Shown here: positions 56,201-64,000 of the stretch, one piece after another
Layout: each line of letters starts with the position of its first letter
Numbering within the stretch: position 1 is the first letter of the stretch
Source: the human T2T-CHM13v2.0 reference genome, Homo sapiens
Assembly (NCBI RefSeq): GCF_009914755.1
Contig: NC_060943.1
Length of the DNA stretch: 64,000 nt
Reading direction: 5' to 3' (one strand)
Notes under the pieces: model-generated
Database searches by the model: none
What the model was told of the DNA's origin: nothing
Seen by the model: the letters and a program-made list of their open reading frames with translations, nothing else
Made by a program: the position numbers and the translations under genes

Positions 56201-59200
56201 GTGGAATTTGCAAGTGGAGATTTCAGCCGCTTTGAGTTCAATGGTAGAATAGGAAATATCTTCCTATAGAAACTAGACAGAATGATTCTCAGAAACTCCT
56301 TTGTGATGTGTGCGTTCAACTCACAGAGTTCAACCTTTCTTTTCATAGAGCAGTTGGGAAACACTCTGTTTGTAAAGTCTGCAAGTGGATATTCAGACTT
56401 CTTTGAGGCCTTCGTTGGAAGCGGGATTTCTTCATGTTCAGCTAGACAGAAGAATTCTCAGAAACTTCCTTGTGTTGTGTGTTTTCAACTCACAGAGTTG
56501 AACGATCCTTTACACAGAGCAGACTTGAAACACTCCTTTTGTGGAATTTGCAAGTGGAGATTTCAGCCGCTTTGAGGTCAATGGTAGAATAGGAAATATC
56601 TTCCTATAGAAACTAGACAGAATGATTCTCAGAAACTCCTTTGTGATGTGTGCGTTCAACTCACAGAGTTTAACCTTTCTTTTCATAGAGCAGTTAGGAA
56701 ACACTCTGTTTGTAAAGTCTGCAAGTGGATATTCAGACATCCTTGAGGCTTTCGTTGGAAACGGGATTTCTTCATATTCTGCTAGAAAGAAGAATTCTCA
56801 GTAACTTCCTTGTGTTGTGTGTATTCAACTCACAGAGTTGAACGATCCTTTACACAGAGCAGACTTGAAACACTCTTTTTGTGGAATTTGCAAGTGGAGA
56901 TTTCAGCCGCTTTGAGGTCAATGGTAGAATAGGAAATATCTTCCTATAGAAACTAGACAGAATGATTCTCAGAAACTCCTTTGTGATGTGTGCGTTCAAC
57001 TCACAGAGTTTAACCTTTCTTTTCATAGAGCAGTTGGGAAACACTCTGTTTGTAAAGTCTGCAAGTGGATATTCAGACCTCCTTGAGGCTTTCGTTGGAA
57101 ACGGGATTTCTTCATATTCTGCTAGAAAGAAGAATTCTCAGTAACTTCCTTGTGTTGTGTGTATTCAACTCACAGAGTTGAACGATCCTTTACACAGAGC
57201 AGACTTGAAACACTCTTTTTGTGGAATTTGCAAGTGGAGATTTCAGCCGCTTTGAGGTCAATGGTAGAATAGGAAATATCTTCCTATAGAAACTAGACAG
57301 AATGATTCTCAGAAACTCCTTTGTGATGTGTGCGTTCAACTCACAGAGTTTAACCTTTCTTTTCATAGAGCAGTTAGGAAACACTCTGTTTGTAAAGTCT
57401 GCAAGTGGATATTCAGACATCTTTGAGGCCTTCGTTGGAAACGGGATTTCTTCATGTTCTGCTAGACAGAAGAATTCTCAGAAACTTCCTTGTGTTGTGT
57501 GTTTTCAACTCACAGAGTTGAACGATGCTTTACACAGAGTAGACTTGAAACACTCTTTTTGTGTAATTTGCAAGTGGAGATTTCAGCCGCTTTGAGGTCA
57601 ATGGTAGAAAAGGAAATATCTTCGTATAAAAACTAGACAGAATGATTCTCAGAAACTCCTTTGTGATGTGTGCGTTCAACTCACAGAGTTTAACCTTTCT
57701 TTTCATAGAGCAGTTAGGAAACACTCTGTTTGTAAAGTCTGCAAGTGGATATTCAGACCTCCTTGAGGCCTTCGTTGGAAACGGGATTTCTTCATATTAT
57801 GCTAGACAGAAGAATTCTCAGTAACTTCCTTGTGTTGTGTGTATTCAACTCACAGAGTTGAACGATCCTTTACACAGAGCAGACTTGAAACACTCTTTTT
57901 GTGGAATTTGCAAGTGGAGATTTCAGCCGCTTTGAGGTCAATGGTAGAATAGGAAATATCTTCCTATAGAAACTAGACAGAATGATTCTCAGAAACTCCT
58001 TTGTGATGTGTGCGTTCAACTCACACAGTTTAACCTTTCTTTTCATAGAGCAGTTAGGAAACACTCTGTTTGTAAAGTCTGCAAGTGGATATTCAGACCT
58101 CCTTGAGGCATTCGTTGGAAACGGGATTTCTTCATATTATGCTAGACAGAAGAATTCTCAGTAACTTCCTTGTGTTGTGTGTATTCAACTCACAGAGTTG
58201 AACGATCCTTTACACAGAGCAGACTTGAAACACTCTTTTTGTGGAATTTGCAAGTGGAGATTTCAGCCGCTTTGAGTTCAATGGTAGAATAGGAAATATC
58301 TTCCTATAGAAACTAGACAGAATGATTCTCAGAAACTCCTTTGTGATGTGTGCGTTCAACTCACAGAGTTCAACCTTTCTTTTCATAGAGCAGTTGGGAA
58401 ACACTCTGTTTGTAAAGTCTGCAAGTGGATATTCAGACTTCTTTGAGGCCTTCGTTGGAAGCGGGATTTCTTCATGTTCAGCTAGACAGAAGAATTCTCA
58501 GAAACTTCCTTGTGTTGTGTGTTTTCAACTCACAGAGTTGAACGATCCTTTACACAGAGCAGACTTGAAACACTCCTTTTGTGGAATTTGCAAGTGGAGA
58601 TTTCAGCCGCTTTGAGGTCAATGGTAGAATAGGAAATATCTTCCTATAGAAACTAGACAGAATGATTCTCAGAAACTCCTTTGTGATGTGTGCGTTCAAC
58701 TCACAGAGTTTAACCTTTCTTTTCATAGAGCAGTTAGGAAACACTCTGTTTGTAAAGTCTGCAAGTGGATATTCAGACATCCTTGAGGCTTTCGTTGGAA
58801 ACGGGATTTCTTCATATTCTGCTAGAAAGAAGAATTCTCAGTAACTTCCTTGTGTTGTGTGTATTCAACTCACAGAGTTGAACGATCCTTTACACAGAGC
58901 AGACTTGAAACACTCTTTTTGTGGAATTTGCAAGTGGAGATTTCAGCCGCTTTGAGGTCAATGGTAGAATAGGAAATATCTTCCTATAGAAACTAGACAG
59001 AATGATTCTCAGAAACTCCTTTGTGATGTGTGCGTTCAACTCACAGAGTTTAACCTTTCTTTTCATAGAGCAGTTAGGAAACACTCTGTTTGTAAAGTCT
59101 GCAAGTGGATATTCAGACATCTTTGAGGCCTTCGTTGGAAACGGGATTTCTTCATGTTCTGCTAGACAGAAGAATTCTCAGAAACTTCCTTGTGTTGTGT

Positions 59201-60531
59201 GTTTTCAACTCACAGAGTTGAACGATGCTTTACACAGAGTAGACTTGAAACACTCTTTTTGTGTAATTTGCAAGTGGAGATTTCAGCCGCTTTGAGGTCA
59301 ATGGTAGAAAAGGAAATATCTTCGTATAAAAACTAGACAGAATGATTCTCAGAAACTCCTTTGTGATGTGTGCGTTCAACTCACAGAGTTTAACCTTTCT
59401 TTTCATAGAGCAGTTAGGAAACACTCTGTTTGTAAAGTCTGCAAGTGGATATTCAGACCTCCTTGAGGCCTTCGTTGGAAACGGGATTTCTTCATATTAT
59501 GCTAGACAGAAGAATTCTCAGTAACTTCCTTGTGTTGTGTGTATTCAACTCACAGAGTTGAACGATCCTTTACACAGAGCAGACTTGAAACACTCTTTTT
59601 GTGGAATTTGCAAGTGGAGATTTCAGCCGCTTTGAGGTCAATGGTAGAATAGGAAATATCTTCCTATAGAAACTAGACAGAATGATTCTCAGAAACTCCT
59701 TTGTGATGTGTGCGTTCAACTCACACAGTTTAACCTTTCTTTTCATAGAGCAGTTAGGAAACACTCTGTTTGTAAAGTCTGCAAGTGGATATTCAGACCT
59801 CCTTGAGGCATTCGTTGGAAACGGGATTTCTTCATATTATGCTAGACAGAAGAATTCTCAGTAACTTCCTTGTGTTGTGTGTATTCAACTCACAGAGTTG
59901 AACGATCCTTTACACAGAGCAGACTTGAAACACTCTTTTTGTGGAATTTGCAAGTGGAGATTTCAGCCGCTTTGAGGTCAATGGTAGAATAGGAAATATC
60001 TTCCTATAGAAACTAGACAGAATGATTCTCAGAAACTCCTTTGTGATGTGTGCGTTCAATTCACAGAGTTCAACCTTTCTTTTCATAGAGCAGTTGGGAA
60101 ACACTCTGTTTGTAAAGTCTGCAAGTGGATATTCAGACTTCTTTGAGGCCTTCGTTGGAAGCGGGATTTCTTCATGTTCAGCTAGACAGAAGAATTCTCA
60201 GAAACTTCCTTGTGTTGTGTGTTTTCAACTCACAGAGTTGAACGATCCTTTACACAGAGCAGACTTGAAACACTCCTTTTGTGGAATTTGCAAGTGGAGA
60301 TTTCAGCCGCTTTGAGGTCAATGGTAGAATAGGAAATATCTTCCTATAGAAACTAGACAGAATGATTCTCAGAAACTCCTTTGTGATGTGTGCGTTCAAC
60401 TCACAGAGTTTAACCTTTCTTTTCATAGAGCAGTTAGGAAACACTCTGTTTGTAAAGTCTGCAAGTGGATATTCAGACATCCTTGAGGCTTTCGTTGGAA
60501 ACGGGATTTCTTCATATTCTGCTAGAAAGAA
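14293..60531 (+). repeat. Homogeneous 12-monomer (6-dimer, 2040 bp) higher-order repeat block, 23 units: 18 full-length, four 10-mers, one 16-mer
   Basis: Fixed order of six SNV-distinguishable dimers. A divergent marker monomer (GATGCT, GAGTAGAC, TGTGTAA, GAAAAGG, TTCGTATAAA) occurs 22 times, mostly 2040 bp apart (minus-strand ORF variant at 15031, 18771, 20811 ... 59230). Block length is 136 dimers minus 1 bp. Confidence 0.9.
22751..22766 (+). other. Disrupted CENP-B box (1-bp G deletion, CTTCGTTGAAACGGGA)
   Basis: 16 bp instead of 17. All downstream coordinates shift by -1 (ORF starts 22623 then 22962, a 339-bp step). Confidence 0.9.
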
Positions 60532-63500
60532 GAATTCTCAGTAACTTCCTTGTGTTGTGTGTATTCAACTCACAGAGTTGAACGATCCTTTACACAGAGC
60601 AGACTTGAAACACTCTTTTTGTGGAATTTGCAAGTGGAGATTTCAGCCGCTTTGAGTTCAATGGTAGAATAGGAAATATCTTCCTATAGAAACTAGACAG
60701 AATGATTCTCAGAAACTCCTTTGTGATGTGTGCGTTCAACTCACAGAGTTTAACCTTTCTTTTCATAGAGCAGTTGGGAAACACTCTGTTTGTAAAGTCT
60801 GCAAGTGGATATTCAGACATCCTTGAGGCTTTCGTTGGAAACGGGATTTCTTCATATTCTGCTAGAAAGAAGAATTCTCAGTAACTTCCTTGTGTTGTGT
60901 GTATTCAACTCACAGAGTTGAAAGATCCTTTACACAGAGCAGACTTGAAACACTCTTTTTGTGGAATTTGCAAGTGGAGATTTCAGCCGCTTTGAGTTCA
61001 ATGGTAGAATAGGAAATATCTTCCTATAGAAACTAGACAGAATGATTCTCAGAAACTCCTTTGTGATGTGTGCGTTCAACTCACAGAGTTCAACCTTTCT
61101 TTTCATAGAGCAGTTGGGAAACACTCTGTTTGTAAAGTCTGCAAGTGGATATTCAGACTTCTTTGAGGCCTTCGTTGGAAGCGGGATTTCTTCATATTCT
61201 GCTAGACAGAAGAATTCTCAGTAACTGCCTTGTGTTGTGTGTATTCAACTCACAGAGTTGAACGATCCTTTACACAGAGCAGACTTGAAACACTCTTTTT
61301 GTGGAATTTGCAAGTGGAGATTTCAGCCGCTTTGAGGTCAATGGTAGAATAGGAAATATCTTCCTATAGAAACTAGACAGAATGATTCTCAGAAACTCCT
61401 TTGTGATGTGTGCGTTCAACTCACAGAGTTTAACCTTTCTTTTCATAGAGCAGTTAGGAAACACTCTGTTTGTAAAGTCTGCAAGTGGATATTCAGACCT
61501 CCTTGAGGCCTTCGTTGGAAACGGGATTTCTTCATATTATGCTAGACAGAAGAATTCTCAGTAACTTCCTTGTGTTGTGTGTATTCAACTCACAGAGTTG
61601 AACGATCCTTTACACAGAGTAGACTTGAAACACTCTTTTTGTGGAATTTGCAAGTGGAGATTTCAGCCGCTTTGAGGTCAATGGTAGAATAGGAAATATC
61701 TTCCTATAGAAACTAGACAGAATGATTCTCAGAAACTCCTTTGTGATGTGTGCGTTCAACTCACAGAGTTCAACCTTTCTTTTCATAGAGCAGTTGGGAA
61801 ACACTCTGTTTGTAAAGTCTGCAAGTGGATATTCAGACTTCTTTGAGGCCTTCGTTGGAAGCGGGATTTCTTCATATTCTGCTAGACAGAAGAATTCTCA
61901 GTAACTGCCTTGTGTTGTGTGTATTCAACTCACAGAGTTGAACGATCCTTTACACAGAGCAGACTTGAAACACTCTTTTTGTGGAATTTGCAAGTGGAGA
62001 TTTCAGCCGCTTTGAGGTCAATGGTAGAATAGGAAATATCTTCCTATAGAAACTAGACAGAATGATTCTCAGAAACTCCTTTGTGATGTGTGCGTTCAAC
62101 TCACACAGTTTAACCTTTCTTTTCATAGAGCAGTTAGGAAACACTCTGTTTGTAAAGTCTGCAAGTGGATATTCAGACCTCCTTGAGGCCTTCGTTGGAA
62201 ACGGGATTTCTTCATATTATGCTAGACAGAAGAATTCTCAGTAACTTCCTTGTGTTGTGTGTATTCAACTCACAGAGTTGAACGATCCTTTACACAGAGC
62301 AGACTTGAAACACTCTTTTTGTGGAATTTGCAAGTGGAGATTTCAGCCGCTTTGAGTTCAATGGTAGAATAGGAAATATCTTCCTATAGAAACTAGACAG
62401 AATGATTCTCAGAAACTCCTTTGTGATGTGTGCGTTCAACTCACAGAGTTTAACCTTTCTTTTCATAGAGCAGTTAGGAAACACTCTGTTTGTAAAGTCT
62501 GCAAGTGGATATTCAGACATCCTTGAGGCTTTCGTTGGAAACGGGATTTCTTCATGTTCTGCTAGACAGAAGAATTCTCAGTAACTGCCTTGTGTTGTGT
62601 GTATTCAACTCACAGAGTTGAACGATCCTTTACACAGAGCAGACTTGAAACACTCCTTTTGTGGAATTTGCAAGTGGAGATTTCAGCCGCTTTGAGGTCA
62701 ATGGTAGAATAGGAAATATCTTCCTATAGAAACTAGACAGAATGATTCTCAGAAACTCCTTTGTGATGTGTTCGTTCAACTCACAGAGTTTAACCTTTCT
62801 TTTCATAGAGCAGTTAGGAAACACTCTGTTTGTAAAGTCTGCAAGTGGATATTCAGACATCCTTGAGGCTTTCGTTGGAAACGGGATTTCTTCATATTCT
62901 GCTAGAAAGAAGAATTCTCAGTAACTTCCTTGTGTTGTGTGTATTCAGCTCACAGAGTTGAACGATCCTTTACACAGAGCAGACTTGAAACACTCTTTTT
63001 GTGGAATTTGCAAGTGGAGATTTCAGCCGCTTTGAGGTCAATGGTAGAATAGGAAATATCTTCCTATAGAAACTAGACAGAATGATTCTCAGAAACTCCT
63101 TTGTGATGTGTGCGTTCAACTCACAGAGTTTAACCTTTCTTTTCATAGAGCAGTTAGGAAACAGTCTGTTTGTAAAGTCTGCAAGTGGATATTCAGACCT
63201 CATTGAGGCCTTCGTTGGAAACGGGATTTCTTCATATTATGCTAGACAGAAGAATTCTCAGTAACTTCCTTGTGTTGTGTGTATTCAACTCACAGAGTTG
63301 AACGATCCTTTACACAGAGCAGACTTGAAACACTCTTTTTGTGGAATTTGCAAGTGGAGATTTCAGCCGCTTTGAGGTCAATGGTAGAATAGGAAATATC
63401 TTCCTATAGAAACTAGACAGAATGATTCTCAGAAACTCCTTTGTGATGTGTGCGTTCAACTCACAGAGTTCAACCTTTCTTTTCATAGAGCAGTTGGGAA

Positions 63501-64000
63501 ACACTCTGTTTGTAAAGTCTGCAAGTGGATATTCAGACTTCTTTGAGGCCTTCGTTGGAAGCGGGATTTCTTCATATTGTGCTAGACAGAAGAATTCTCA
63601 GTAACTGCCTTGTGTTGTGTGTATTCAACTCACAGAGTTGAACGATCCTTTACACAGAGCAGACTTGAAACACTCTTTTTGTGGAATTTGCAAGTGGAGA
63701 TTTCAGCCGCTTTGAGGTCAATGGTAGAATAGGAAGTATCTTCCTATAGAAACTAGACAGAATGATTCTCAGAAACTCCTTTGTGATGTGTGCGTTCAAC
63801 TCACACAGTTTAACCTTTCTTTTCATAGAGCAGTTAGGAAACACTCTGTAAAGTCTGCAAGTGGATATTCAGACCTCCTTGAGGCCTTCGTTGGAAACGG
63901 GATTTCTTCATATTATGCTAGACAGAAGAATTCTCAGTAACTTCCTTGTGTTGTGTGTATTCAACTCACAGAGTTGAACGATCCTTTACACAGAGCAGAC
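60532..64000 (+). repeat. Right heterogeneous dimer domain lacking the 12-mer order
   Basis: The marker monomer is absent, the GTAACTGCC variant returns (about 61221, 61901, 62581, 63601), and singleton SNVs are denser, with one 4-bp deletion. Confidence 0.8.

Larger units (their letters stand above)
1..64000 (+). repeat. Alpha satellite tandem array, SF1 340-bp dimer (171+169 bp monomers), about 188 dimers; D1Z7/D5Z2/D19Z3-like active centromeric array
   Basis: Strict 340-bp periodicity (ORF track repeats every 340 bp; GAATTC at 13, 353, 693 and so on). The two related monomers are in register at AAGAATTCTCAG (11), AATGATTCTCAG (182) and AAGAATTCTCAG (351), giving spacings of 171 and 169. 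Typical alphoid motifs (TTCAACTCACAGAGTTGAAC, GAAACACTCTTTTTGT, AAACTAGACAGAA) and a CENP-B box in every second monomer. The subfamily assignment is from recognition of the sequence, not a database search. Confidence 0.98.

Noticed and set aside
17837-63736. Shared GGAAGTATC variant at 17837 and 63736 as evidence of a long duplication
   Set aside because: The two sites lie in different dimer classes with no linked markers. Recurrent transition or a very short conversion is sufficient.
71-63844. Hundreds of 60-97 aa ORFs on both strands (MILRNSFVMCAF..., MFPNCSMKRKV...)
   Set aside because: They are translations of the satellite unit recurring every 340 bp. Their lengths change with single SNVs at stop or start codons, and they show no recognisable domain or gene structure.
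1-64000. CRISPR-like or other repeat-spacer array
   Set aside because: There are no unique spacers. The entire unit is repeated, and no cas-like ORFs are present.
1-64000. Transposon insertion (L1/Alu), inversion or non-satellite island
   Set aside because: The 340-bp phase holds throughout apart from -1 and -4 bp shifts, and ORF strand polarity never switches, leaving no room for an insertion or inversion.
1-64000. Assigning the window to a specific chromosome or to the kinetochore/CDR site
   Set aside because: Chromosomes 1, 5 and 19 share this array family, and CENP-A occupancy or hypomethylation cannot be read from sequence alone.

Overview
The whole 64-kb window is human-type centromeric alpha satellite of suprachromosomal family 1 (SF1). 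It holds about 188 head-to-tail copies of a 340-bp dimer (171-bp A-type monomer plus 169-bp B-type monomer with a CENP-B box), with one EcoRI site per dimer and a single orientation throughout. The sequence resembles the dimer-dominated active array shared by chromosomes 1, 5 and 19 (D1Z7/D5Z2/D19Z3); I cannot tell which chromosome. There are no genes, and every ORF in the track is a repeat artefact. I found no previously undescribed genetic system. What is informative is the internal architecture read from diagnostic SNVs. A heterogeneous left flank (1-14.3 kb) has 2720-bp and 4760-bp nested duplications. A young, very homogeneous 2040-bp (12-monomer) higher-order expansion spans 14.3-60.5 kb (23 units, including 10-mer and 16-mer variants and a roughly 10-kb block repeated 15,980 bp away). 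The right flank returns to left-flank variants. Only two indels were seen, one of which breaks a CENP-B box. All SNV reading was done by eye.
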